Shown here one piece after another: positions 17,905 through 27,483 of a stretch of DNA of 64,000 nt. Made by a program: the position numbers and the translations under genes. Within the stretch, counting starts at the first letter, position 1. Every line of letters starts with the position of its first letter. The DNA comes from Bacteroidota bacterium (lineage in GTDB: Bacteria; Bacteroidota; Bacteroidia; NS11-12g; UBA955), in the NCBI GenBank assembly GCA_027490055.1, contig JAIXYV010000052.1, forward strand, positions 10,193 through 74,192, read 5' to 3'. A model generated the notes under the pieces. The model did no database searches and was not told where the DNA came from. It saw only the letters and a list, made by a program, of their open reading frames with translations.

Positions 17905-18744
17905 ATGCTTTCAGTAACTCCAGAAGAACTAACAGTACCAAAATTACATCAGCTTTTATTAGGCAGTGTGGGACCGCGACCAATATGTTTTGCCAGTACC
18001 ATCGATGCTCAGGGAAACCGCAATCTGGCGCCGTTTAGTTTCTTTAATGTGTTCAGTGCCAATCCACCTATTCTGGTTTTTTCGCCAGCAAGAAGTGGTA
18101 GAACCAACGAAACTAAACATACACACGATAATGTGAAAGAAGTGCCTCAGGTGGTGATTAATGTGGTAACCTACGAAATGGTCCATCAGATGTCGCTTAC
18201 TAGTTCTCCATACGCCAAAGGTGTGGATGAATTTGTAAAATCTGGATTTACACCCATTGATTCTGACCTTGTAAAACCTGCAAGAGTTAAAGAAAGTCCG
18301 ATTCAATTGGAATGCGAAGTTCAACAAGTAGTGGAACTGGGACAAAATGGTGGCGCTGGCAATCTGGTAATCTGCAAAGTGCTAAAAATGCATATCGACG
18401 AAAGCAAACTCAACGAACATGGTCAGATTGATCAGACAAAAATTGATCTGGTAGCCAGAATGGGTGGCGACTGGTATTGCCGCGCTCATGGAGACGCTAT
18501 GTTCGAACTGGTAAAGCCACTTACCAATTGCGGTATTGGCGTTGATGCATTACCTGAACATATTCGTCTAAGCCATGTTTTAAGTGGCAATGACCTGGGG
18601 CAGCTTGGTAATATTGAAACCATACCTGATAATGATTTTATTCAAGGTGTTAAAGCTGAATTTGCGGGCAAAGATCCTATCCTTACCGCGAAATCTTTAC
18701 TAGCCGAAGGTAAATCTAAAGAGGCGCTGGCTTTGCTTTGGTAG
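17905..18744 (+). CDS. Flavin reductase-like (FMN-binding split-barrel) family protein
   Basis: 279 aa. The pattern GPRPICFASTIDAQGNRNLAPFSFFN is typical of the flavin reductase domain. A C-terminal extension follows. Confidence 0.75.
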   Translation: MLSVTPEELTVPKLHQLLLGSVGPRPICFASTIDAQGNRNLAPFSFFNVFSANPPILVFSPARSGRTNETKHTHDNVKEVPQVVINVVTYEMVHQMSLTSSPYAKGVDEFVKSGFTPIDSDLVKPARVKESPIQLECEVQQVVELGQNGGAGNLVICKVLKMHIDESKLNEHGQIDQTKIDLVARMGGDWYCRAHGDAMFELVKPLTNCGIGVDALPEHIRLSHVLSGNDLGQLGNIETIPDNDFIQGVKAEFAGKDPILTAKSLLAEGKSKEALALLW

Positions 18745-18748
18745 ACCT

Positions 18749-19969
18749 TTATAATTTTAAATACTTGAATATGATGTCCTCCTGGTCGGTGCTCAGTCTG
18801 ATCCAGTAAAAGCCCGATCCGTAATCGGAAATATCAATAGTCTGATTGTCTCCTTCTATCTCAAAATTGCGTAACTCCTGCATGACAGAATTGTAAATTC
18901 GAACACGACTCTTGCTTAAATCAATGCTGGATAAATTAATTAAACCATTACCTGGATTTGGATAGAGTTGAAAGACCTTTGAAGAACTTGATTCTATTGA
19001 GGTCGAATTCGTAGCCTTAAACCACTTAATAGCATTGACATCATTGCTGAAAAAGTTAAATAATTGCTCACCGATTTTATTTTCACCGGCTACACTTAAA
19101 TGCAAACCATCCCCACCAAAATCGGTATCACAATTCATCGAAAATCCATCTTGTCTTGTTTGATTACCATTAGTCCAGTTGTAGGTTGAATACACAGGCA
19201 TTGGAATAGATGGTGAAGCGCCTTTGTAAGTAAAGCCATTAGTCTGATTGATGGCGCTGTCTATTAACCACTTCATCGCCCAACCATTGTAATAATCTCT
19301 CGGGTATTCCAGGCCTCTTCCAGTGCCGCCGCTTACCCAGCCAGCATATGTTCTGGCACTTAAATAACAAAGTTTTAAATTAGGATATTTCACTTTCATC
19401 ATCTGCAATAAAACTCGCACATCAGAAACTAAACTTCTTGGACCACCAGGAAAACTTGAATCCGCTGAAGCTGTATTCTCAGTTTCAATCCAGGCAATTT
19501 GAACCTGAAGATTGCTCAAGCCCATTGAATCCATCATTTTATCTGCTTGCTTCCAGTAATTATCGCTGAGTTGATTCATCTTCTGAACCCCCTGTCCTCC
19601 TATACATGTATTCACTGTTCTTAAACTGCGATTGATGCCCCTAAAAGTATCTGCCATTTTTTGAAAAGCCTGAAACTCAGTTCGTGGATTAGAAGCTCCA
19701 ACACCTATAAAAACTATCTGACCAGTAGTACTAAACTGAGCATTTGAGTCAAGTGGTTTTATTCCATCACTAAATAATTTAAGATCCTCTAGAAACGTAC
19801 CTGTTGGATTGTTCAGACCTCCAGAATACAAACCTCCCTGATGGCCCCTGAAATACCCAGTCCCCAGTTCATTTAATGGAACAAACGCCTTGCGGCTTTG
19901 CTGACAGTCCTTCTGGCCCATCAATACTGAACAGTATCCAATCATTACAATTAAAAAATGTGCTTTCAT
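18749..19969 (-). CDS. Secreted SGNH-like hydrolase candidate with T9SS C-terminal sorting domain
   Basis: 406 aa with a signal peptide. It has a degenerate GDSL-like block (FIGVGASN) and a DGLH block. The C-terminus (FQLYPNPGNGLINL...IRLSTDQ) is T9SS CTD-like. Confidence 0.6.
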   Translation of the reverse strand: MKAHFLIVMIGYCSVLMGQKDCQQSRKAFVPLNELGTGYFRGHQGGLYSGGLNNPTGTFLEDLKLFSDGIKPLDSNAQFSTTGQIVFIGVGASNPRTEFQAFQKMADTFRGINRSLRTVNTCIGGQGVQKMNQLSDNYWKQADKMMDSMGLSNLQVQIAWIETENTASADSSFPGGPRSLVSDVRVLLQMMKVKYPNLKLCYLSARTYAGWVSGGTGRGLEYPRDYYNGWAMKWLIDSAINQTNGFTYKGASPSIPMPVYSTYNWTNGNQTRQDGFSMNCDTDFGGDGLHLSVAGENKIGEQLFNFFSNDVNAIKWFKATNSTSIESSSSKVFQLYPNPGNGLINLSSIDLSKSRVRIYNSVMQELRNFEIEGDNQTIDISDYGSGFYWIRLSTDQEDIIFKYLKL

Positions 19970-20079
19970 ATTGTTTTGACCGAAAGACTTTAATATGGTT
20001 GCATCGACCCTTTTTTAACTCATCAATCCCCTCAACTGATTTATAAGCATAAATGATATGTAGTATCATTTCTTTGCAT

Positions 20080-20087
20080 TACCTTTG
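20080..20087 (+). promoter_or_regulatory. TAnnTTTG -7 box (TACCTTTG) 26 nt upstream of the NifU-like gene
   Basis: Exact motif. Confidence 0.45.
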
Positions 20088-20113
20088 TAGAATAATTCTA
20101 AATAAGCATTAAC

Positions 20114-20677
20114 ATGAGCGATTTCATAACTATATACGCAGAGGCTACTCCTAATCCTGACAGCATGAAATTTGTTGTTAGCAAAATGATTTTACCTAAT
20201 GACAGCGCCGATTTCCGTACCAGAGAAAAAGCCGAAGGTCAATCACCTCTTGCCGTAGAAATATTTGATACTTTCAAATTTGCCAATGGTGTTTTTATCA
20301 TGAACAATTTTGTTTCTATCACCAAATTACCTGATGTTGAATGGTCTGAACACATCACCACCCTTCGCGAATACATTAAAAATTACATCGAAAGCGGTAA
20401 GGAAATAATCAGTACTTCAAGATCTCTTAGCCCTGAAGAAGAAGGTGAAATTGAATCTAAAATTATTAAACTCCTGGACGACCACGTAAAACCAGCTGTT
20501 GAAATGGATGGCGGTGCTATCAGTTTCAAATCTTTCAAAGATGGTATCGTTACTGTCGTGATGAAAGGCAGTTGCTCTGGTTGCCCTTCTTCTACCTTTA
20601 CTCTAAAAGCTGGTATCGAAAACCTACTTAAACGTATGGTACCACAAGTTGAAGCTGTTGAAGCTGAAGCTGAGTAA
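20114..20677 (+). CDS. NifU/Nfu-type Fe-S cluster assembly protein
   Basis: 187 aa. It has an Nfu_N-like N-terminus and a C-terminal NifU domain with the CSGCPSS motif. Confidence 0.85.
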   Translation: MSDFITIYAEATPNPDSMKFVVSKMILPNDSADFRTREKAEGQSPLAVEIFDTFKFANGVFIMNNFVSITKLPDVEWSEHITTLREYIKNYIESGKEIISTSRSLSPEEEGEIESKIIKLLDDHVKPAVEMDGGAISFKSFKDGIVTVVMKGSCSGCPSSTFTLKAGIENLLKRMVPQVEAVEAEAE

Positions 20678-20800
20678 TTTTTTTAAAACTTAATTATTTG
20701 ATTTTCATTTGCTAAGAATCAATTTATTTGATTCCATGGATTTATTTTTTACTTTTTGGCATATTTTTTGATAATTTAGCCATTGCATTAAATATACAAA

Positions 20801-21364
20801 ATGAAAAAGTTTAAAATCGTATTACAACTCATTCTCTCAACTACACTATTACTTACAGCCTGTTCTAAAGACGACACCGAAACACCTGGAAGCGGCGGCA
20901 CTACAACACTTCCGGCCGGTCCACAAGATTCTGTAACAACTTTTATGGTATACTTTACCAATACCGTCGATTCAACTACCGAAATCGGTAGCTATGATGA
21001 TCCGGATGGTCCGGGACCAAAAAGTGCGAATGTTGGTGGCGTCGTGCTAAAAAAGAATGCCTCTTATATCGTTACCTTTTTTATTGAAGATGCCACTGGT
21101 AGCCCAGTCTTCTTGCACAATAAAATCAAAACCAATGGTAAAGATTACAAAATTTGTATCAGCAATCCATTAGGCATCAATGTAAATGCAACAGACTCTG
21201 ATGGTTCAATGCCAATTGGCCTGGTCAACATGTTGCAGACATCTTCCTCTACAGGCAGTGCCAACCTTAATTTCACTGTGAAATATCAGAAGGGTTCTAA
21301 AAACGGTACCTGCAGTCCCGGTATTGTTTACCACTCCTGCAACATTCCAATTTTTGTCAACTAG
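20801..21364 (+). CDS. Hypothetical lipoprotein
   Basis: 187 aa with a lipobox (LLLTAC). No known motif was recognised. Confidence 0.6.
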   Translation: MKKFKIVLQLILSTTLLLTACSKDDTETPGSGGTTTLPAGPQDSVTTFMVYFTNTVDSTTEIGSYDDPDGPGPKSANVGGVVLKKNASYIVTFFIEDATGSPVFLHNKIKTNGKDYKICISNPLGINVNATDSDGSMPIGLVNMLQTSSSTGSANLNFTVKYQKGSKNGTCSPGIVYHSCNIPIFVN

Positions 21365-21385
21365 TAACACAACTTATAACCAACT

Positions 21386-21419
21386 AATCCCGCCCTCAAA
21401 AGCGGGATTTTTCATTTTA
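21386..21419 (+). terminator. Rho-independent terminator
   Basis: aatcccgc-cctcaaaa-gcgggatt followed by tttttcatttt. Confidence 0.75.
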
Positions 21420-21440
21420 AGAGGTTTCACTTAATTTCAG

Positions 21441-21448
21441 TAATTTTG
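21441..21448 (+). promoter_or_regulatory. TAnnTTTG -7 box (TAATTTTG) 4 nt before ATG 21453 (leaderless-type)
   Basis: Sequence TAATTTTG-ctcc-ATG. Confidence 0.6.
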
Positions 21449-21452
21449 CTCC

Positions 21453-22487
21453 ATGTTTGAAAACTCTGGCAGAACAGAATTAAGTCAACTAGGCGAATTT
21501 GGATTAATAGACCACCTGGCTAAAAATGTGAAACTGACGCATGCCTCTACCATCAAAGGCATTGGCGATGACGCTGCAGTAATTGATGCAGGTGATAAAT
21601 ACCAGTTGTTAAGCACAGATATGATGGTGGAAGGTACTCACTTCGACTTAACCTACACCCCTCTTCTCCATTTGGGCTACAAAGCCGTCGTTACTAATAT
21701 CAGTGATATCGTTGCGATGAATGGTAAAGCTACCCATATCGTGGTGAGTCTTTCTCTTAGTAACCGTTTTTCTTTAGAAGCAATCGAAGAGCTCTATAAA
21801 GGTATACTTACCGCTTGTAATGTCTATAAAGTAGATCTGGTTGGTGGCGACACTACCAGCAGTCAGAAAGGTTTAATCATCAATATTGCCTGCTACGGCG
21901 AAGTTGCAAAAGATAAAGTCAGCTACCGAAGTGGTTGTAAAGAAGGTGATCTGGTGGCTGTAACTGGCGACTTAGGTGCAGCGTATCTCGGACTGCATAT
22001 CTTGGAAAGAGAGAAAAGAATCTTCCTCGAACGTCCGGATTTTCAACCCGATCTTGAAGGTAATGATTACCTGATTCAACGCCAGTTAAAACCCGAAGCC
22101 AGAGTAGATATTATTGATATTCTAAATACTATTAATGTGACTCCTAATGCCATGATGGATATTAGTGATGGCTTAGCCAGTGAACTCTACCACATCGCTA
22201 CTCAAAGCAAGGTGGGTTTTACCATCTACGAAGATAAATTGCCCATGGATGCCATTGCCTATCAAAGAGCCATCGATCTGGGCATCGACCCAACAGTAGC
22301 AATGCTAAGTGGCGGCGAAGACTATGAACTGCTCTTCACATTCCCGCAATCAGATTACGAAAAACTCAATAAAGAATTCGATATCACCGTTATTGGACAC
22401 GCTGTTGCCGAAGGCGAAGGCTTGCACTTAATCTCTAAGTCGAATATCAAACACAAACTGACCGCTCAGGGCTGGAAACATCTCTGA
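21453..22487 (+). CDS. thiL: Thiamine-monophosphate kinase
   Basis: 344 aa. It has an AIR-synthase-like fold and the GIGDDAAVI motif. Confidence 0.9.
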   Translation: MFENSGRTELSQLGEFGLIDHLAKNVKLTHASTIKGIGDDAAVIDAGDKYQLLSTDMMVEGTHFDLTYTPLLHLGYKAVVTNISDIVAMNGKATHIVVSLSLSNRFSLEAIEELYKGILTACNVYKVDLVGGDTTSSQKGLIINIACYGEVAKDKVSYRSGCKEGDLVAVTGDLGAAYLGLHILEREKRIFLERPDFQPDLEGNDYLIQRQLKPEARVDIIDILNTINVTPNAMMDISDGLASELYHIATQSKVGFTIYEDKLPMDAIAYQRAIDLGIDPTVAMLSGGEDYELLFTFPQSDYEKLNKEFDITVIGHAVAEGEGLHLISKSNIKHKLTAQGWKHL

Positions 22488-22534
22488 TAGGCTCATTATT
22501 TAATATAAATATTCAACAATTCATTTTTTTTAAG

Positions 22535-22542
22535 TAGGTTTG
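22535..22542 (+). promoter_or_regulatory. TAnnTTTG -7 box (TAGGTTTG) 4 nt before ATG 22547 (leaderless-type)
   Basis: Sequence TAGGTTTG-aacc-ATG. Confidence 0.6.
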
Positions 22543-22546
22543 AACC

Positions 22547-23368
22547 ATGTCTGTAACACCATCTAGACCAGCTAAAAGAGTAACTGTTCATACCTTAGAG
22601 GAAATGAAACAGCGCAATGAAAAAATCAGTATGCTTACCGCTTACGATTTTTCTCTTGCCCGCATTATTGATGATGCTGGTATTGATGTGATATTAGTGG
22701 GTGATAGCGCCTCTAATGTGATGGCCGGACACGAAACCACACTTCCCATAACGCTTGATCAGATGATCTACCACGCCTCCTCTGTTATCAGAGCCGTTAA
22801 ACGCGCGCTGGTGGTGGTCGATTTGCCTTTTGGATCTTATCAGGGCAATAGCAAAGAAGCCCTTAATAGCAGTATCCGTATCATGAAAGAAAGTGGTGCC
22901 CATGCTATTAAACTTGAAGGTGGCGAAGAAGTTTGCGAATCAGTAAAAAGAATCATTAGCGCCGGTGTACCAGTGATGGGCCACTTAGGTTTAACACCTC
23001 AAAGTATCTATAAATTCGGTACCTATGCCGTTAGAGCCGTAGAAAAAGAAGAAGCCGATAAACTTGTAAGAGATGCTCAATTACTTCAAGAGGCTGGCTG
23101 CTTCGCATTAGTGCTTGAAAAAATTCCTGCTGAACTCGCTACCAAAGTGGCCGCTTCTCTTAAAATTCCTGTAATCGGAATTGGCGCTGGCGCTGGGGTT
23201 GATGGTCAGGTGCTGGTACTCCACGATATGCTTGGCATTAATAAAGACTTCTCTCCAAGATTTATGAGAAGATATCTTAACCTCTATCAGTCTATTCATG
23301 ATGGTGTACATCAATATATCAATGATGTCAAATCCAGTGAGTTCCCGAACGAAAACGAACAGTACTAA
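22547..23368 (+). CDS. panB: 3-methyl-2-oxobutanoate hydroxymethyltransferase
   Basis: 273 aa. The segments [30 protein letters not shown] and HLGLTPQS are typical of PanB. Confidence 0.95.
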   Translation: MSVTPSRPAKRVTVHTLEEMKQRNEKISMLTAYDFSLARIIDDAGIDVILVGDSASNVMAGHETTLPITLDQMIYHASSVIRAVKRALVVVDLPFGSYQGNSKEALNSSIRIMKESGAHAIKLEGGEEVCESVKRIISAGVPVMGHLGLTPQSIYKFGTYAVRAVEKEEADKLVRDAQLLQEAGCFALVLEKIPAELATKVAASLKIPVIGIGAGAGVDGQVLVLHDMLGINKDFSPRFMRRYLNLYQSIHDGVHQYINDVKSSEFPNENEQY

Positions 23369-23386
23369 TGTACCTCATCTGTCGTG

Positions 23387-24127
23387 ATGAAATCGATAGA
23401 AATTACCACACCCCAGAATGTTAAAATAGACTACCAGCTGGCTGGACTTGGTCAGAGAATCTTTGCCTTTGTCATCGACCTGGCTATTATCATTCTGGTG
23501 TATGTCGCTAACTACATCTGGTTTTTTGCCGAAGGCTCGTCTGACAATGATTTAAAATATATTCTGTTTCAACTTTTTGCATTTCTATGGCTGGGTTTTT
23601 ATTCTTTGGTGAGCGAAGTAATTGGCAACGGGCAGTCGCTGGGTAAACTGGCAATGGGCATTAAAGTGATCAAACTTAATGGCGAAGAACTTCAGTTCTA
23701 CGATTACTTCAGTCGCTGGTCGATGCGCATTATCGATATTTACTTTTCAATTGGCAGCATTGCCATGCTTTTAATCGCCAGTAACAGAAATGCTCAGCGC
23801 ATCGGAGATATCATTGCCGGGACCACTATTATCAGAAAAAACAATTCCTATGGATTTACATTGAATGATATTCTGAAACTGAATCTGAAAGATAAAGAGA
23901 ACTATAATTTTGACTATCCTCTTGCTGTCAATCTGGAAGAAAAAGATGTTATACTAATGAAACAACTGATCTTCAGATATCGCAATTATCGCAATTCTGC
24001 CCATCAGAAAGCTATGGATGAAATGGTACTTAAACTGGTTGAATTCTTTCAACTTAAACAGATCCCGAAAGATAAAGAAGCTTTTCTATCCAAAGTCATT
24101 TCAGAATATATCATTCTGACCCGCTGA
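23387..24127 (+). CDS. RDD family membrane protein
   Basis: About 246 aa. The N-terminal RDD-type TM domain contains RIFAFVIDL. The start could be GTG 23384 or ATG 23387. Confidence 0.7.
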   Translation: MKSIEITTPQNVKIDYQLAGLGQRIFAFVIDLAIIILVYVANYIWFFAEGSSDNDLKYILFQLFAFLWLGFYSLVSEVIGNGQSLGKLAMGIKVIKLNGEELQFYDYFSRWSMRIIDIYFSIGSIAMLLIASNRNAQRIGDIIAGTTIIRKNNSYGFTLNDILKLNLKDKENYNFDYPLAVNLEEKDVILMKQLIFRYRNYRNSAHQKAMDEMVLKLVEFFQLKQIPKDKEAFLSKVISEYIILTR

Positions 24128-24168
24128 ACCGTTTCCAAATATTTGTTTAAGAACAATTTAAATAACTG

Positions 24169-24176
24169 TAACTTTG
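24169..24176 (+). promoter_or_regulatory. TAnnTTTG -7 box (TAACTTTG) 4 nt before GTG 24181 (leaderless-type)
   Basis: Sequence TAACTTTG-ttcc-GTG. Confidence 0.55.
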
Positions 24177-24180
24177 TTCC

Positions 24181-25053
24181 GTGAAATTTGATGCCAAAAC
24201 TATCCTAATTCTGCTTTTCCTTGGTTTCGTTTGGGGTAGTGCCTTCATATTAATGAAAAAAGGACTTGAGTCTTTTACTTCATTACAAATGGCATCTCTC
24301 CGCCTGGTGTTTGCTGGTTCTGTGGCTGTTTTCTTCTTCGTTAGAGTCTATAAAACCCTGGAGAAAAAAGACTGGTATTTTCTGGCGCTCTCTGGTACAC
24401 TGGGAAACCTATTGCCGGCTTATCTGTTTGCCTCTGCCGGCGCAGATATACCAAGCTCTCTTTCTGGAGCATTAAATGCAACAACGCCCTTGTTTGCCCT
24501 TATTTTTGGGGTAGTTCTATTTTCTCAGTTATTCACCATAAGACAAGTGGCTGGTATAGGTATCGGACTTATCGGAGCACTTACCCTTATTCTCACTAAA
24601 AGTAAAGAGGGAATTACCTTCGAAGCAGACTATATACTGCCTTGCCTTAAAGTAATTCTTGCTGCCTTGTTCTATGGCATCAATGTCAATATCATTAAAT
24701 CGAAACTCAACCATCTGACGCCTATTATCAACAGCATGGTGCCCCTGACTCTGATCTCGGTGCCCGCTCTGATTGTTGGTCTGTCTACCGGTACAGTGCA
24801 AGCTGCCATGCGCCCTGAAGCCAGCGAATCACTGTTATATATTCTGATCCTGGGTGTAATAGGTTCGGCCATATCGCTCATAGTGTTTAATCAGCTGGTA
24901 CAGAAAACTACTGCTCTCTTCGCTGCATCTGTTACTTATCTTATTCCCGTTTTTGCCTATATGTGGGGCATCATCATGGGCGAACCTATTGGTATATTTC
25001 AGGTCTCAGGTATGCTTTTAATTCTTGGAGGAATTACTTTAACTAAGAAATGA
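24181..25053 (+). CDS. DMT superfamily (EamA-like) transporter
   Basis: 290 aa with about 10 TM segments and two EamA-like halves. Confidence 0.8.
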   Translation: MKFDAKTILILLFLGFVWGSAFILMKKGLESFTSLQMASLRLVFAGSVAVFFFVRVYKTLEKKDWYFLALSGTLGNLLPAYLFASAGADIPSSLSGALNATTPLFALIFGVVLFSQLFTIRQVAGIGIGLIGALTLILTKSKEGITFEADYILPCLKVILAALFYGINVNIIKSKLNHLTPIINSMVPLTLISVPALIVGLSTGTVQAAMRPEASESLLYILILGVIGSAISLIVFNQLVQKTTALFAASVTYLIPVFAYMWGIIMGEPIGIFQVSGMLLILGGITLTKK

Positions 25054-26393
25054 AACTGCCTGTTGAGTTCGAGTCACGCATGCGCCTTCAGCTGTCTGCT
25101 GATTATGATACCTTCGTTGCTGCTCTCGAAAGTGATTCACCGGTTTCTATTAGAATCAACCCATCAAAAATCAAACTTGTTCCGGCGCTCGACCGTGTTG
25201 AGTGGTGCCAGACAGGCTACTACCTAAATAGTCGACCAGTATTTTCCTCTGATCCACTCTGGCATGCTGGTGCTTACTATGTTCAGGAAGCTTCCAGTAT
25301 GATGATTGAAGCTGCCTTTTTGATAGTCAGATCTTCACTAAACGGACCACTGAAAGTTCTGGATCTTTGTGCCGCTCCCGGAGGAAAATCTACTCTATTA
25401 GCCAATCTTCTCGGCGATGAAGATGTGCTGGTATCTAACGAAGTCATTCGCTCAAGAGTGCCTGTACTATACGAAAACCTCTGTAAAAATGGCTATCCAA
25501 ATTGTATCATCACCAATTCTGATAGCAGCGACTTCGAAAAGCTGGGTGGTGTGTTCGACCTGGTGCTTGTTGATGCGCCATGCAGTGGTGAAGGCTTGTT
25601 CAGAAAAGATCCGGAAGCTGTTGATCAGTGGAATCCGGAAAATGTGACAACCTGCGAACTGAGACAAAAACGCATTCTTGAATCCATTTCTAAATGTGTT
25701 AAACCAGGCGGATTTATTATTTATAGTACCTGTACCTATAACCCGGGAGAAAATCAGGAGCAGGTAAAATTACTTGAAAATCTGAATTTCGAATTAACTG
25801 AATTTGCATTGAATAATGGCTCCTGCAGCACTTTTCAATGTATGCCACATACCATTAAAGGTGAAGGATTTTTTATCTCTTTACTTAAAAACAATGGCAC
25901 TAACGAGGCTAATGAAATCAATGTAAAACACCAGCTTAAACCCATTAAAGCTGATGATGCCTGGAAAAACGTATTGATCAATGCCGGCGATTTCTATGAT
26001 TTTAAAGGTCAGATTCTGGCCATTAGAAACCATGTCTTCGAGTTCTTCGCAGATCATTTGTGTAGTCTGCATATATACGCCATAGGTGTAAGTATCGGGA
26101 CCAGCAAAGACAAACTCTTTAGCGTCTCGCCATATCTGCCTTTCGCTTCCAATATCAATAAAGATGCCTTCGAACAATTTGAACTGGATCAGGCTCAGGC
26201 TCTGAGTTATTTATTTAAAAATGCTATTACCATCACCCAGAGAGACAAAAAAGGCTATGTCTTACTCACCTATAAAAATCAGGTAATTGGTCTGGGTAAG
26301 TTTGCTGGCAATCGCATCAATAACCTCTTCCCTGCAGAATGGAAATTGCGCAAAATGCCAGATAGTGCCCAATATTTTAATTTGATCGACTGA
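25050..26393 (+). CDS. RsmB/RsmF-like rRNA cytosine-C5 methyltransferase
   Basis: 447 aa. It has the SAM motif DLCAAPGGKS and the catalytic motifs DAPCSGEG and YSTCT. It has an ATGA overlap with the upstream gene. Confidence 0.8.
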   Translation: MKLPVEFESRMRLQLSADYDTFVAALESDSPVSIRINPSKIKLVPALDRVEWCQTGYYLNSRPVFSSDPLWHAGAYYVQEASSMMIEAAFLIVRSSLNGPLKVLDLCAAPGGKSTLLANLLGDEDVLVSNEVIRSRVPVLYENLCKNGYPNCIITNSDSSDFEKLGGVFDLVLVDAPCSGEGLFRKDPEAVDQWNPENVTTCELRQKRILESISKCVKPGGFIIYSTCTYNPGENQEQVKLLENLNFELTEFALNNGSCSTFQCMPHTIKGEGFFISLLKNNGTNEANEINVKHQLKPIKADDAWKNVLINAGDFYDFKGQILAIRNHVFEFFADHLCSLHIYAIGVSIGTSKDKLFSVSPYLPFASNINKDAFEQFELDQAQALSYLFKNAITITQRDKKGYVLLTYKNQVIGLGKFAGNRINNLFPAEWKLRKMPDSAQYFNLID

Positions 26394-26437
26394 TATATAC
26401 CACAAATGTGGTATTGATGGCAATTGCAATATTTTTC

Positions 26438-26445
26438 TATATTTG
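26438..26445 (+). promoter_or_regulatory. TAnnTTTG -7 box (TATATTTG) 19 nt upstream of ATG 26465
   Basis: Exact motif, lying inside the spurious N-terminal extension of track ORF 26408. Confidence 0.5.
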
Positions 26446-26464
26446 CTTCAAATCCATTGATAAC

Positions 26465-27166
26465 ATGAAACACTGTCTTTTGATATTGCTTTGTGCTTTT
26501 ACAGTAAAAGCCGGAGCACAAGAAAAAATTACCATGCTTAACTTTTTACAAGCAGGTGCCATTCCACAAACCATCGATCAAAAAGGAAAAAACATCAGCA
26601 CTTCCGGACTGACGTTTAACTACATCAATTTTAAAGAGCCCAGCTTCTTTAGAATGGACGCCACCTGGCTGGTCAGATACCTTGTCAATGGCCAAAAGGA
26701 TAGCGCCAATTTTAATGATACCAATAAAGTAATGGGACTCGATCTGCCAGTATTTACAGCTACCTACGGCAGAAACCTTGTGAAAGGCGATAACTTTAGT
26801 TTAGGACTCGGTGTTAACCTAGATTCAAGAACATTCTACAGCTCGCCTCAACAAAAAGCCGAGAGAATTATTGATGCCATGAATGTGGGGGTTGTTGTAG
26901 GTGTTAAAATAAAATTAAAAGACTGGCTTACCTACACCACTTTAGCGGGCTACGACCACATGTTTGTTGATCAAAACTTTTCTAATGAAAATGGCAACGG
27001 TACACAGATATACCTTCAAAATAATTTCTCTTTCCTGCTCAAAGGAAAATTCGGCATCAACGCCCAATTAGACATGAGCTTCAAATCATTTGATGATAAA
27101 GGAATTCACGGAGGTCAGATATTCAATAAGAATATCAAAGTTGGTCTGGCTTACGCCGTTCAGTAA
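26465..27166 (+). CDS. Hypothetical secreted / outer-membrane beta-barrel-like protein
   Basis: Signal peptide MKHCLLILLCAFTVKAGAQ. The body has an alternating beta-strand pattern and the protein ends in an aromatic-containing C-terminus (GLAYAVQ). Confidence 0.55.
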   Translation: MKHCLLILLCAFTVKAGAQEKITMLNFLQAGAIPQTIDQKGKNISTSGLTFNYINFKEPSFFRMDATWLVRYLVNGQKDSANFNDTNKVMGLDLPVFTATYGRNLVKGDNFSLGLGVNLDSRTFYSSPQQKAERIIDAMNVGVVVGVKIKLKDWLTYTTLAGYDHMFVDQNFSNENGNGTQIYLQNNFSFLLKGKFGINAQLDMSFKSFDDKGIHGGQIFNKNIKVGLAYAVQ

Positions 27167-27172
27167 CCCTAA

Positions 27173-27481
27173 TTATTTCTTAGGCGCTTTTGGCGCTTTA
27201 GCGTTGATGTAACCTTCCATCTTAGAATCAGTTGGAGTGGCTGCACCAGCTTTGCTTGTAGTTCCGTTGTAAGAACTAGCTGCAAGCGACACGACTAAAA
27301 TTGCTACTGCAAATATCCAGGTTAACTTCTCAACACCTTCTGATGTACGTTTTACACCAAAAATCTGATTGCTTGATGAAAAGTTAGATGCTAATCCACC
27401 ACCTTTAGGATTCTGAATCAACACGATGATGATCATTAAAGCTGCTGCAATTAGTCCGATTATTAATATTAAACTTAACAT
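27173..27481 (-). CDS. secG: Preprotein translocase subunit SecG
   Basis: 102 aa with two TM helices and the motif LIQNPKGGGL. Confidence 0.8.
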   Translation of the reverse strand: MLSLILIIGLIAAALMIIIVLIQNPKGGGLASNFSSSNQIFGVKRTSEGVEKLTWIFAVAILVVSLAASSYNGTTSKAGAATPTDSKMEGYINAKAPKAPKK

Positions 27482-27483
27482 AG

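Noticed and set aside
20757-20771. Sigma-54-like promoter TGGCAT-N5-TTGA upstream of the lipoprotein gene 20801
   Set aside because: The -24 half is good, but the -12 element is GA instead of the near-invariant GC. The same T-rich stretch can also be read as a degenerate sigma-A box (TATTTTTTG). The evidence is too weak to call without a genome-wide matrix search.
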